Shown here: in pieces, positions 15,909-29,101 of the stretch
Layout of the letters: every line of letters starts with the position of its first letter
Position numbering within the stretch: position 1 is the stretch's first letter
Source of the DNA: Octopus vulgaris
Taxonomy: Eukaryota
Reading direction: 5' to 3'
Assembly (NCBI GenBank): GCA_951406725.2
Contig: OX597824.1
Span: 94,178,001 to 94,242,000 of the forward strand
DNA: 64,000 nucleotides
The notes under the pieces: model-generated
Told to the model about the DNA's origin: nothing
What the model saw: the letters and a program-made list of their open reading frames with translations, nothing else
The model's database searches: none
Made by a program: the position numbers and the translations under genes

Positions 15909-16447
15909 ATAGTGATATACAAGAAAACAAATGTTTCTGAGGGCGGGTGAAACCGGATGGAGTAGTCAATTTGCTAAATAACCAGGTGAAACGGTGGATA
16001 TTTCTAGGGATTACAAAATAGGAATGTCATATGTTCATTTCTTTCAGAAAAGCCTCAGCAATAAGCAGTAGAGTTGAAGAAAAGGGGTTTCAAACTTGAA
16101 ATCGAAATCAAATACGTAAGCGTTTGACTGTCGATTTATCCCTAAAGAAAGGTGTTCATCCTACAATTAGAAGAACAACAAGAGTAATAAATAAATAATT
16201 ATATAGATAAATAAATGAGTAAATAAAGATAAATACATAAGCAAAATTCCAGCAGTCATGAATATAGCTCTGCTATGCACTGTGCACGCTCTGCGTGGAA
16301 CACGTTGAATGCAAAAGAAAGGAGAACACCAAACTAAACGAGGCCACAGCACAGCATGTTTCCAAGGCACACGGAGCTGCGCTCGGTTGTGCACTGAAAG
16401 CACGTGATAATAATAATGATAATAACAATAATAATAATAATAATAAT

Positions 16448-17108
16448 TCAGTGAAGTATAATATCTTTAAAACTTCTGACACCCAGAAATGCAGACTCTG
16501 TGGAAAGAGCGTAGAAAATGTGACCCACTTGGTAAGTGGATGTGAGAGCCTTGCACAAAAAGAACACATGTGCCGCCATGATAAAGTCTGTGTTAGTATA
16601 TTCATTGGTTCTTATGCGGTAAATACCAACATGAAGTAAGAGAGAACTGGTATGAGCATGTACCAAGTAAAGTTATGCAGGAGGATGGAAAAGTAACGAT
16701 ACTCTGGGACTATGATTTTCAGACATATCATGTAGTTGAACACCGTCGGCCGGATGTTGTCATATTGAGTAAGAGAGACAAATACTGTCAGATGATTGAT
16801 GTAGCCATACCAAATGTCATGAATGTTGTGAGTAAAGAGGTTGAAAAAATCACCAAGTATTGCGATTTGACAGTGGAAATGGAAAGACTGTATGGAATGC
16901 GAAAGGGTAATGTAAAATTGATACCATTGGGACTTCAAGACTTCTTAAGGCAACAGGAAATCCCATGTAAAATTGCCGTCTTGCAAAAAGCAGCCTTATT
17001 GGACACAGCGCACATCTTAAAGAAAGTATTATGTGTCTGAGGTCCTCGTTGTGACTTGACAGAAGACTAAAGACTCCGGGGCATTTTTACCTACACTGTG
17101 CTACGAAG

Positions 17109-17110
<2 letters not shown>
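16448..17110 (+). mobile_element. Dong/R4-clade non-LTR retrotransposon 3' fragment: CCHC knuckle plus restriction-like endonuclease
   Basis: CRLCGKSVENVTHLVSGC, RHDKV, VTILWD, HRRPDVVI...IDVAIP...EKITKY, LQKAALLDTAHILKKVL; (TAA)n on both sides. Confidence 0.92.
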
Positions 17111-17177
<67 letters not shown>

Positions 17178-17179
<2 letters not shown>

Positions 17180-17290
17180 TGATGCATGTGCCTGGTGTAC
17201 CCTTATCAGATGGGTAGTCATATGGGTATACTGGGCTTCGTATATTTTACCCCAGTGTCACTTTGATGGCATGCTCTGCTCGCTCACTCA
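17178..17290 (+). mobile_element. 3' end of a non-coding (TAA)n-associated repeat
   Basis: Reverse-complement match to 37988-38100; ends in cactc followed by (AAT)n. Confidence 0.75.
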
Positions 17291-17302
17291 ATAATAATAA
17301 TA

Positions 17303-17387
<85 letters not shown>

Positions 17388-17421
17388 TATAATAGTAATA
17401 GTAATAATAATAATAATAGTA

Positions 17422-17479
<58 letters not shown>

Positions 17480-17481
<2 letters not shown>

Positions 17482-17862
17482 GCCTTCATGGAGTACCAGG
17501 CAGTGGCTCTCATGGCTTCTGGTCTTAACTGATTGGAAGTGTCATCATATGCATTGTTTTGTCTTGGTATAAAAGATGGGCTACAGCAAATATTCTGCTC
17601 AATACCAGAGATTTGCTTGTCAGTTGTTTGACCTTAACCAGTTGACCATGTCCCTTGGTGGCTGACGGTATGTGCATCTCTGATCACAAGCAGAAGTAGT
17701 GGGGGAGCATCATAGCCGTGTGTTGAGAGGGATTCTTTGGGGTTTGAATAATTCACCTCTTGAAACATGGGCGTTTCGTTCAACATCCTTAAAGAACGCT
17801 TATTCAGGGACCTTTTGAGCGGGATGGATTACTCGCTGTTAATCTTGATGTGAGATCACCAT
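17480..17862 (+). mobile_element. 5'/middle part of the same (TAA)n-associated repeat
   Basis: 17730-17862 is largely the reverse complement of 38118-38286; flanked by (TAA)n. Confidence 0.7.
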
Positions 17863-17869
17863 AATAATG

Positions 17870-18015
<146 letters not shown>

Positions 18016-18032
18016 CATAATAATAATAATAG

Positions 18033-18478
<446 letters not shown>

Positions 18479-18544
18479 AATAATAACAACAACAACAACA
18501 ACTATAATAATTCAATAAAGTGTAGCATTGAAAAAACAGCAACC

Positions 18545-19075
18545 TTACCTTTGTGTAGAGTATGTGAAAAACCAGTTAGATAGTTTTTCGTGGATCCTCA
18601 AAACTGGCCCCAAATGAGTACAAAAAACGCAATGACAAGATGGCAGAGCGAATACACTGGAAGCTGTGCAAGAAGTATGGGCTAGAATGTTCCAGGCTTT
18701 CAGAATGACCATGTGAGACTCACGTGGAGTATGCCAACCTGCAAAGATAAGAAGTAACAATATGACAGGCCAGATATCATTGTAGAGGTGCAGACCTGAA
18801 TATTGAGAAGACAGAGGGTGAGAAAGTCGAGATGTACCAAGGCCTAGCATTCGAAGTGAAAGGCATCCATAGAGCCTCAAAAGTGAGTGTGGTCCTTATT
18901 GTGATCGGTGAACTTGGAACCATCTCAAAGAGAGCAATATTCTTGCATCAAGAGCTGCGAATAGCAAAATTTCATAGAAAGTATTTAGTTGGCAGCAATA
19001 CTTGGGAACAGCCCATGTGTTGAGAAAAGTGTTGCGTCCTTAAGTTGCAAGCAGACAATTCAGGAGAAATTAGGA
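18545..19075 (+). mobile_element. Dong/R4-clade fragment, heavily decayed
   Basis: SKLAPNEYKKRNDKMAERIHWKLCKKYGL, RPDII, EKVEMYQGLAFEVK...IVIGELGTISK, with frameshifts and deletions. Confidence 0.8.
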
Positions 19076-19079
19076 TGAT

Positions 19080-19080
19080 A

Positions 19081-19114
<34 letters not shown>

Positions 19115-19855
19115 AGAAGAAGAAGAAGAAGACGACGACGACGAAGAAGAAGAAGAAGAAGAAGAAGAAGAAGGGAGAGGTGGAGGAGGAGGAGGACGAC
19201 GACGACGACGACGACAAGAAGAAGAAGAAGAAGAAGAAGAAGAAGAGAACGAGAACAAGAACAAGAGGAAGAAGAAGAAGAAGAAGAAGAAGAAGAAGAA
19301 GAGAACGAGAACAAGAACAAGAGGAAGAAGCAGAAGAAGAAGAAGAAGAAGAAGAAGAGAACGAGAACAAGAACAAGAGGAAGAAGAAGAAGAAGAAGAA
19401 GAGAACGAGAACAAGAACAAGAGGAAGAAGCAGAAGAAGAAGAAGAAGAAGAAGAAGAAGAGAGAGAACGAGAAGAAGAGGAAGAAGAAGAGAACGAGAA
19501 CAAGAACAAGAGGAAGAAGCAGAAGAAGAAGAAGAAGAAGAAGAAGAAGAAGAGAGAGAACGAGAACAAGAGGAAGAAGAAGAGAACGAGAACAAGAACA
19601 AGAGGAAGAAGCAGAAGAAGAAGAAGAAGAAGAAGAAGAAGAAGAAGAAGAAGAAGAGAGAGAACGAGAACAAGAGGAAGAAGAAGAGAACGAGAACAAG
19701 AACAAGAGGAAGAAGCAGAAGAAGAAGAAGAAGAAGAAGAAGAAGAAGAACGAGAAGAAGAAGAAGAACAAGAAGAAGAACAAGAAGAACAAGAAGAACA
19801 AGAACAAGAACAACAACAACAACAACAACAACAACAAGATGAAGAAGAACAACAA
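19080..19855. repeat. (AAG)n-derived purine minisatellite
   Basis: Unit gagaacgagaacaagaacaagaggaagaagcag(aag)n repeated many times. Confidence 0.9.
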
Positions 19856-20246
19856 CACTAACAAACAGCCATAACTATAGAACTACTAAACAAAAAATCC
19901 ACCGGACAAACACAGGATGATGTGAAGCATCTTTACACAGATACAACGCGTCATCTTGACACTCCAGATGCAAGCACCGTCTCCCAGTTCTTGCCATCAA
20001 ACAACAGCCACGTATTTTTATAAACCACCCATCTCTTATAAAATTTGCTAAAGAGCAGGATTCTCTTCTCTGCCTTTAACTTCCTCGGGAAATAGTATTA
20101 AAAGTTGATGAGAGTTTAGCCTGAGATGTAAAGCCTTCTTTAAATCTTTCTTTCGCATCCACAGATAACTTTCTTTCGCATAGTAACCATGCAGAGGAAA
20201 TCTGTTCACTCTTCTTTGCCAAAGGACAAGAGGTGTTTGATCATAA

Positions 20247-20730
20247 AGGCGGTGAGCTGGCAGAAACGTTAGCGCGCCGGGCGAATTGCTTAGCCGTATT
20301 TCGTCTGCCGTTACGTTGTGAGTTCAAATTCCGCCGAGGTCGACTTTGCCTTTCATCCTTTCGGGGTCGATAAATTAAGCACCAGTTACGCACTGGGGTC
20401 GATGTAATCGACTTAATACCTATGTCCGTCCTTGTTTGTCCCCTCTATGTTTAGCCCCCCGTGGGTAATAAAGAAATAGGTAAAAAAAAAAAAAGGCGGC
20501 GAGCTGGCAGAATCGTTAGCATGCCAGGCGAAATGCATAACCGTATTTCGTCTGCCGTTAAGTTCTGAGTTCAAATTCCGCCGAGGTCGACTTTGCCTTT
20601 CAACCTTTCGGGGTCGATAAATTAAGTACCAGTTGCGCACTGGGGCCGATGTAATCGACTTAATCCGTTTGCCTGTCCTTGCTTGTCCCCTCTGTGTTTA
20701 GCTGCTTCTGGGTAGTAAAGAAATAGGTAT
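20247..20730 (+). mobile_element. Head-to-tail dimer of family A tRNA-derived SINE (possibly Meta-domain type)
   Basis: Two full ~235 bp units joined by poly(A); B box GAGTTCAAATTCC; outer 11-bp TSD TTTGATCATAA at 20236-20246 and 20730-20740. Confidence 0.9.
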
Positions 20731-21199
20731 TTGATCATAATAGACTTGGCTGGAGCTGGATCCATGGTTCTTGTATTGAACAGCTTTTCAGCATAACCCG
20801 AACATAAGCAACACATTAAAATTAAACTTGCTCGTACTGGACAGTTTCATCCAGCTCAGAAAAATGTTTTGTTTCTAGCGGCCCCAACATGGTCATACCT
20901 GTACGACTTAGCTGTACGATTTAGTTAAATCGTACAGGCACGTATATTTGTGATACATGTGCCAGGTGTACCCTTATCAGACTGGTACTCATGATGGGTA
21001 TATTGGGCCGTACGATTAACCTGTGCGATTTAGCTGGAACCGGGAAAGCTTCAGCGCAGCATTCTCAGACTCTCAGACAAAGGACTTTCAAAACTTCTTT
21101 ATATTTCTTGAGCTCCAAGCATCCTTCACTAATAACTACTCAGACAATTCCTCCAATAAAGACTACTTAGACATTTTTGCTGGCGCCTAGAATTACTCA

Positions 21200-21442
21200 A
21201 ATAATACCCAATAACATATAGGTGCATCAAGTATGATTAAAAAACATACAGACAAATGCATAACCAAAACACCAGGACTTACGTATATATATATAATATG
21301 CAGGAAATAGCCCTACAAGGTACCGCACACAGCTTACGTAAAACACTTTCAATACAGTGATCATGGCAACACCAAAACGAACCACAGCCCATACCCAAGG
21401 CTGACACACAGAACTGTGCTCAGTAGCGCAGTGAACACACAC

Positions 21443-21445
<3 letters not shown>
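21200..21445 (+). mobile_element. Dong/R4-clade 3' end plus UTR
   Basis: MIKKHTDKCITKTPGLT...ALQGTAHSLRKTLSIQ*, homologous to 55859-56000; followed by (TAA)n. Confidence 0.8.
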
Positions 21446-21509
<64 letters not shown>

Positions 21510-21633
21510 TGATGATGATTTCATTTATTTGCCCCAAGGGCGAAGGATGAGAGGAACAATACAGAGACAGACATAAAGTGTGCGGGTTTACATGTAATGA
21601 AATGTTTAAGAGATTTTTAACAACAACATCAAC

Positions 21634-21695
<62 letters not shown>

Positions 21696-21744
21696 GAACA
21701 ATAACAACAATAATAATAATAATAATATATAATAATAATAATAC

Positions 21745-22260
21745 ACCATCCAGACGATCTAGTAAATGGTGAAGGCGTCACCATCCTTTGGAACTTCCCA
21801 ATACAAACAGGCAAACAAATTATTCCAATCGACCAGACATTGTGATCAAGTCAAGGACTATAACAGAGGAACTTGTCTGTTAATAGATATGTCTGTCCCA
21901 CAAGATCAAAATGTCTCAAGAAAAGAATACGAAAAACTTTCTTACAATGAAGATCTGTAGACTGAAATCACAAATATGTGGAAGCTTAGAACTACGATAA
22001 TACCAGTAGTAATTGGTGCGTTGGGAATGATAAAGAAGGGAGCTGAGAAGTATATTAAGTGACTCCCTGGTGACTCCAATCTCCGTGAACTACGAAAGAT
22101 AACCTTGATGGGTACAGCCCATTTACTACGGAAATCACTCTCCATCTAAAATGGAATAAATGTGGGGATAATTTTAGCATGCATAGCAAAACAAAAGTGT
22201 CCTTGCTACTCTTGGCCTCCGGAGGATTCCCAGTACTGAGGCAGCTGAAAGAAAGTTATA
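21745..22260 (+). mobile_element. Dong/R4-clade RLE domain fragment
   Basis: GVTILWNFPIQT, RPDIVIK, CLLIDMSVPQDQNVSRKEYEKL, IPVVIGALGMIKKGAEKY...GTAHLLRKSLSI*; preceded by (AAT)n. Confidence 0.85.
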
Positions 22261-22299
22261 ATGAAAAGAAACCATAAATGGATAACAATTTAGACATAA

Positions 22300-23400
22300 G
22301 GCCATCAGTTTTAAATGGATGGGAGGAGTCGTTTACACCGATACTAGTGTTTTATTTTATCGACACAAAAAGGAAGAACAGTAAAGTTGACTTTGGCAAC
22401 ATTTGAATTGAGATGGCAGAGTCTTGGAAGAAACACTTGTAGTTATTTGGTCCATCGTGAAATGGTTCCTCGGTCTGGTACAATGCCGGTAATTTTGAGA
22501 GGAGCCAACTGATATCATTGATCCCAGTACTAGACTGGTTATTTATTTTAATCGATTCCGAAGCGAGGAAGATGAAATTGACCTTGGCGGGATTTGAACG
22601 CCGAGTATAAAGAGTATTAAAAAGGAAATAAATGAATAAAAAAATTCGCCAGAAATGGTTTTTGATGCTCTAGCGATTCTACCAGCTCGCAGCATTAGCG
22701 ATTTTTTTTTAAAGCAACAATAATAGTATTAATTACGCTTCCAAATTTTGGCACAAGATCAATAATTATAGGGAGAGGGATTGGTCGATTACATCGACCA
22801 AAGTACTCAACTATGGTTAATTTTATCGACCCCGAAGGGATGAAAAAGCAGACTCGACCACAGAGAAATGAAACTAGTAATAATGTTAATAAGAAGAATT
22901 TCTGATAAAATCATTATTTCCAAAGCGTTCTGTTAGCAGAATTGTCATCGCATTAATGATTAAAAAAATAGCATGGTTTATTTGATGACAACTTTTTACA
23001 TTCAAAACTGAGTTATCTCAGGTTAGTCAACGTTGCTTTCATCATTTCGATAACAGACAGTTAGTGAGGAGGACTTAACCGACTGTAATCCGGCCACGAC
23101 CCACACTGAGCATCCTGTGTCTCTAAAAGATTGATATCAGTAATAATGAAGAGGATGATGGTGACCACAAAAACAACAACAACAATAATAATGGTAATCT
23201 TTTCTAAAATACTTGAAACGCCTGAAATTTTAAGGAAGCGTGTTAGTCGATTAGATCGAACCCAGGATTCGACTGGTAGTTATTCTATCAAACCCGAAAC
23301 GATGAAAGGCAAAAGTCGACCACGGCGGAGTTTGAACTCAGAACGTAAAGACAGATGAAATGCCGTTAAACATTTTCTCCAATGCCGTAATGATTCCGCT
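22300..23400 (-). mobile_element. Cluster of old, diverged family A-related SINE remnants
   Basis: Repeated reverse cores such as ttttatcgaccccgaagggatgaaa and gatgaaaggcaaaagtcgaccacggcggagtttgaactcagaacg. Confidence 0.6.
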
Positions 23401-23417
23401 AGATCTCCGCATTAATG

Positions 23418-23487
<70 letters not shown>

Positions 23488-23643
23488 TAACAATAATAAG
23501 AAGAAAAAAAAGAAGAAGAAGAAGAAGATGAAGAAGAAGAAGAAGAAGAAGAAGAACAACAACAACAACAACAACAACAACATAATGGAAAAACTGAAAA
23601 TGATGATGATGATGATAATAATAATGGAGAGAACGACAGTGAA

Positions 23644-23674
<31 letters not shown>

Positions 23675-24299
23675 ACAACAATAACATTATCATATGACAA
23701 GGAGGAGGTAATTTTTAAACATCAGAAATGCAAATATTTTGACGCCATTTTTCGTTTAAACATATTTTTATATTTATTATTAAATCATTCGTTTTAATTT
23801 ATTTTTTTCATTCTTTTTCTAATTTAGTTTATAATAATGTTTAAAACCAGCAGAAAATCATTACAAAAAAAATAATAAGTTTTTAAAAACTAAAAAAAGG
23901 TATATATATATATATATAGTAAAAATTTTAAAAAAGTTACTTGCAAAAACTTTAATCATAAAGTTAACCAGGCGATGAGGTCTTCAATTTTTTATGTGTT
24001 TAATTCTAAAATTCCAACGGAACTATTTGGTTTTTAGCGTTGGAATTTTAAACAAACATTCTCAAATATAGTAGACACCCGGAAAGTAAGAATTCGGCTC
24101 CCAATGAAGCGAATATCCACTTTGGTTTCCATTGTTTGTAATAGATCTTGCGTTTCTATCCCCCTTCCCATTCGGCAGCCCGAATCAAGCTGACAATCAT
24201 TACACCCCACCGTCTGGCCCCACAAACGGGTTACTCATTCTGGCTATTCCATTGTTGTTCTACTGGCCTACGTTCTTCGGGAGGAAGCTGGGCAGTTTG

Positions 24300-24662
24300 T
24301 TGGCTATCTGACTGGCTGGCTGGAGGATCGGCGGGTTGCTCTGTTGGTTGGCTGGCTGGCTGGCTGCCTGGCTGGCTGCCTGGCTGGCTGCCTGGCTGAT
24401 GGATCGGCTGGTGGATCGGCTGGCTGGTAGATCGGCTGGCTGGTAGATCGGCTGGCTGGCTGGATGGATGGATGGATGGCTGGATGGCTGGATGACTGGC
24501 TGGCTGGCTGGTGGCTCGGCAGATTGCTTTAATGGTTGGCTGGTTGGATGATTGGTTGGCTGATTGGTGTATCGGCTGGCTGCTTTGTTGGTTTGATGGC
24601 TAGCTGGTTAGCTGGCTGGATGTCTAGCTTATTAGATGAATGGATGCATGGGTGGATGGATG
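24300..24662. repeat. (GGCT)n/(GGAT)n degenerate microsatellite
   Basis: Seen directly. Confidence 0.9.
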
Positions 24663-25533
24663 GTTCCTCCTGTTTCTTATCAGATGAACCACACTACTTC
24701 ACATAATCTACTTCGACTCATAATCCTCGTTTTTGCATCCACCATTTTCCCCTACCCTCAATTAACCCTTACACTAGCCCGTCTTTATCCAAACCTGTCT
24801 GGAAGTATCTTCAACACCTTCATATCTTTCCTACAAATATCAGTTCGCAGCAGTCCAAGAGAAAGATTTAATCCAATTATTTCTGCCGCTGACGGAGGGT
24901 CGTCAAAGATCACAGCGACCGTGGCGCAATCCCGGTCCCTGGTCAATAATAATAACAATCCCTTTGGAATTCAGATTACTCTGTCAAATCTAATGCTTAT
25001 TTATTCACATTGTTTTGAATTCATTATGCATTGTCTTGTAGCTTCACGATTCTGCTGACGTGGCGGTTTATTTTTCGAATGACATTGTAGGGTAGGTATA
25101 AGGGGCCAGATATGGCCACTTTGAACATAAAACAGGTAGAATACTCTGTTTTAAATATTAAAAGGACATCAACAAGATTGCACATGTCACGCATAAATGC
25201 TATTGTTTCAAGGGTCGAATTTCCTGCACAGATAATATAAGTATACCGGAGCCAATGAGGCAACCTGATGTAGTCACCTGATCTGCTAGAAATAGCAGTC
25301 AAATATTGTTCCTGTCATACCGTACTGTTTTGAACAAGGAAATAACACATTAGATCATATAAGTCCATAGAAGCTACGGAAGGCATGGTTGCTGATGTAT
25401 TGGTTTTGATCGTGTCTATTCGATCGGCGAGGATCTGGACAAAACAACCACACATAAATTATGTACACAGACTCACACACAAACATACATACACTCACAT
25501 ACACAAACATATATACACTCATATACACAAACA

Positions 25534-25706
25534 ATATCACGATGAATGCACCGGTTCTCGTCTGATCACCGAAGTTAAGCAACGTCGAACTTAAGTATTA
25601 CTTAGCTGGGTGACCACTTGGGAAACGTAGATGCTGTAAGCATCTCACTTTTACTTGCGATGCCCCAGCATGACCACAGTATTTGGGCTGAAACGCATAA
25701 AAGAAT
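25534..25706 (+). pseudogene. 5S rRNA-derived sequence with a SINE-type 3' tail (SINE3-like)
   Basis: caccggttctcgtctgatcaccgaagttaagcaacgtcga...gggtgaccacttgggaaacgtagatgctgtaagc follows eukaryotic 5S rRNA, lacking about the first 10 nt and diverged in the 3' half; tail tgccccagcatgaccacagt...ctgaaac...taaaaga resembles family B tail. Confidence 0.85.
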
Positions 25707-26888
25707 GTGTGTCTGTGTAAATATAACAAGACCTACACGGTATTAGTATAGATACAAACATAACTAATGTAAGCAGAAATTGTATTTTTCCTGTGGAACG
25801 CAAAACGATCTGAAAATCTTCAGCAAATCCTTATCTTTTTCTTTTCCTGTTCACCAGAAATTTACCCCTTTCCTAGCATCCACGGGACAAAAACCGGTTT
25901 GTTTAAACCCTTTATATATACTTTCTACTTAATAGTTGATAATATGCTATCCCAAAAACCGCATGCTCGTAAATTTATTCATTCTAACACCTACAGTTGC
26001 TCTACGAATAAATGTATACTTGTTAACGCTTGCTCTTTATATTCTAAATTAGGAGAGACATGTTTAAGTCTGTCCTAATTTGAGTATAGTATGAGAGACT
26101 ATCCGCTATCGTAATATCTATGCTTAAGAAACATGATTAAACCATTTCTGGCGAAGCGTTAATAAGCGCTGAAACGAGTCTCCTCGGTCGCTTGCTTCAC
26201 CAACAGTGTGGAAAACAACCTCACCACTGAATCCGGTTTCGAAAGTGGTGTAAAAAGTGTGCTAGCTAATAATACATTCTCGTAAGTTTCAATTACATCA
26301 TTCTCTTTCTTTCTTTCTCCCTCTCTCTCTCTATCTCTCTCTCTCTCTAAGCATATATACATAGGTATATATGTACGCCTGTGTGTGTGTGTGTGTGGTA
26401 TAATCTAATACCATCCGGCTAATAACCTTATTGCGTGCTTTACAAAGCTTCTTCACGGGTATCGGCCACCATATGCTATCATACAGCAGGAATTCTCCTT
26501 TTATTGTGTATACGTGTTGAAATCCGTTAATTAGGCAGAATTCATACAAAATATTATTAGTGGTGGTCTTGAACCCATTCACCTGAAGACGTGAAGGTAC
26601 ACAGCTTTCATTAGACCGTATAGATGTAAGAATGTGCATAATATGTGAAATACAGCGCAATTACAAGCTGATGCTAATGCACAGAAACAGTGTTTATCTG
26701 GACTCGTTAGTGTAGTAATGCTAAGATCATGTGTAAATACTTCTGTATACAGACTTACTCTGATACACACATAAGCACAATAACACAGCAAGGTGTATAT
26801 ACTCAGAATTACATACATACATACATACATTCATATATATATGCATATATGTATGTTTGTATGTATGTGTGTATGTATGTATAAATAC

Positions 26889-26927
<39 letters not shown>

Positions 26928-26946
26928 CAGAGCAGTTGCCATATTT

Positions 26947-27066
26947 TATTCTATATTCGGTACTTCTGATGAGCGTAGGGTTACATAATCGGTTTGTTGC
27001 CTAGCACTCCGTCGAATCTCTAGCGCGAAACCGATTCGTAAGATCGGCCGTAATGGATATATAATA
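26947..27066 (+). ncRNA. Degenerate type I hammerhead ribozyme motif
   Basis: CTGATGA at 26966, stem II GCG-TAGGG/CTCTA-G-CGC, GAAA at 27027, stem III CCGAT/ATCGG, long imperfect stem I 26947-26963 with 27050-27066; cleavage triplet reads GCC, not NUH. Confidence 0.6.
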
Positions 27067-27108
27067 CTATACCCTTCGAGTACTATATACACAATTATAT
27101 TTACATAC

Positions 27109-27191
<83 letters not shown>

Positions 27192-27192
27192 A

Positions 27193-27311
<119 letters not shown>

Positions 27312-27654
27312 GTATATATAATGCATACCTACATGCATAAATATATGCAGCTACTAAATGCTACAACATTAATAATCTATCAATTTTAAGTGTAATCTCA
27401 TAAATTCTTCGACTAAATTCCATTGTATCTGCTTTGGCTCGTTCCATCAATTCCTGTTTAAACACGATCCTATTTTTGATAGCATGTTTGTTGTTTTAGA
27501 CTTGCAGAGTGTCTAGCAGTCAGCCACTTACGTTGTCTTTAACGAAAATTCTCAAAGATTAAAACACTTTAATCCGTCCTCCGTTGTTCCAGAAAGAGAA
27601 TGGAAAACAGATACAGTATGAAATTGTAAGAATATTTTATGTATATTATTTTAT

Positions 27655-27835
27655 CCTATATCGACTTTTGCCTTTTCCTTGGATAATATCGGTGGCGTGG
27701 AGTGCGGAGACGCCACGCCATCGATATTGTTTATGGAAGACTGCGGGTCTTCCATAAACAACCTTGCCCGGATTTGTGCATTGGAAGGGAACTTTCTAGG
27801 TGCAATCCCATGGTCATTCATGACCGAATGGGGTC
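27655..27835 (+). mobile_element. 3' part of family D SINE with an internal double hairpin
   Basis: ccttttccttggataa...aaacaaccttgcccggatttgtgc...ctttctaggtgcaatcccatggtcat matches the reverse complement of 50305-50415. Confidence 0.7.
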
Positions 27836-28405
27836 CATTAAGATGTACGTCTCTGTTTATGTCTTGTCTTCTGCGCATTCCTCGTTGTCAATCAAATTTT
27901 CTAATGATGAGGCAACCTTTTGGAAATATGTTTATTTAACGACAAAATCATAGCCCTTCAGGTAAAGTAGGCATTCTTTTGTTCAAAATCAAATAAGTCT
28001 TTCGTTATATGGCAATCTTTACACTTTCCAAACGGTGGTCACTGATAAACATAGCGTTTGTGTCGCATTGGCGCAACACAAGAGAAAATTTAATCGTTAA
28101 CTTTTTCCTTGTAGAATCTTGTTCCTCATATTTGTCCTTAATTCTTCTGGAAAATTGAAATACATGAGTAAGAATTACTCCTGTAAAAAAACTGGATTTT
28201 TATGGGGGAAAAAACGAGGTAATTGGATTACAGGTTGTAGTTTAGGTAATGTTTTTTAAACTGATTTTGTTTTTCTCATCCCGCCAGACAACATTCTCTT
28301 TCCTGCGGAGGTTAGAAAGCACCAGAAATATCCAGCAGGTCATTCAACCCTTCATACATTTCCTCCACAACTAAATATAATTTTCGCAACAACCAGCCAC
28401 ATATG

Positions 28406-28474
<69 letters not shown>

Positions 28475-28626
28475 CTGCAGCTCTTGGTGGTCCATATCAG
28501 ATATGCAATCTATGCTGGTGTCTTTTCAAAAACCATTGTCTGGTTTAAAAAGCCACATCAGATTCCATGATGGATCAGAGGTATAGGTACAGGAGGTGGT
28601 CAAACTCTGCATAAGGAGTTGACAAC

Positions 28627-28750
<124 letters not shown>

Positions 28751-28775
28751 TACATATACATACATATATATATAC

Positions 28776-28879
<104 letters not shown>

Positions 28880-28947
28880 CAACAATTGAGGGTAAAATTA
28901 ATTAATTAATCAATTTCAATAATCAATTATATATATATATATATATC

Positions 28948-28986
<39 letters not shown>

Positions 28987-29063
28987 TACATATACATATA
29001 TATATACATATATACATATACATACATATATATATATATACATATATATATATACATGTATAC

Positions 29064-29101
<38 letters not shown>

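Noticed and set aside
19045-19864. 265-aa Lys/Arg/Glu-rich, protamine-like ORF
   Set aside because: Translation of an (AAG)n minisatellite; no unique sequence or splice context.
25534-25641. Functional 5S rRNA gene
   Set aside because: 5' end missing, 3' half diverged, single copy, and followed by a retroelement-type tail.
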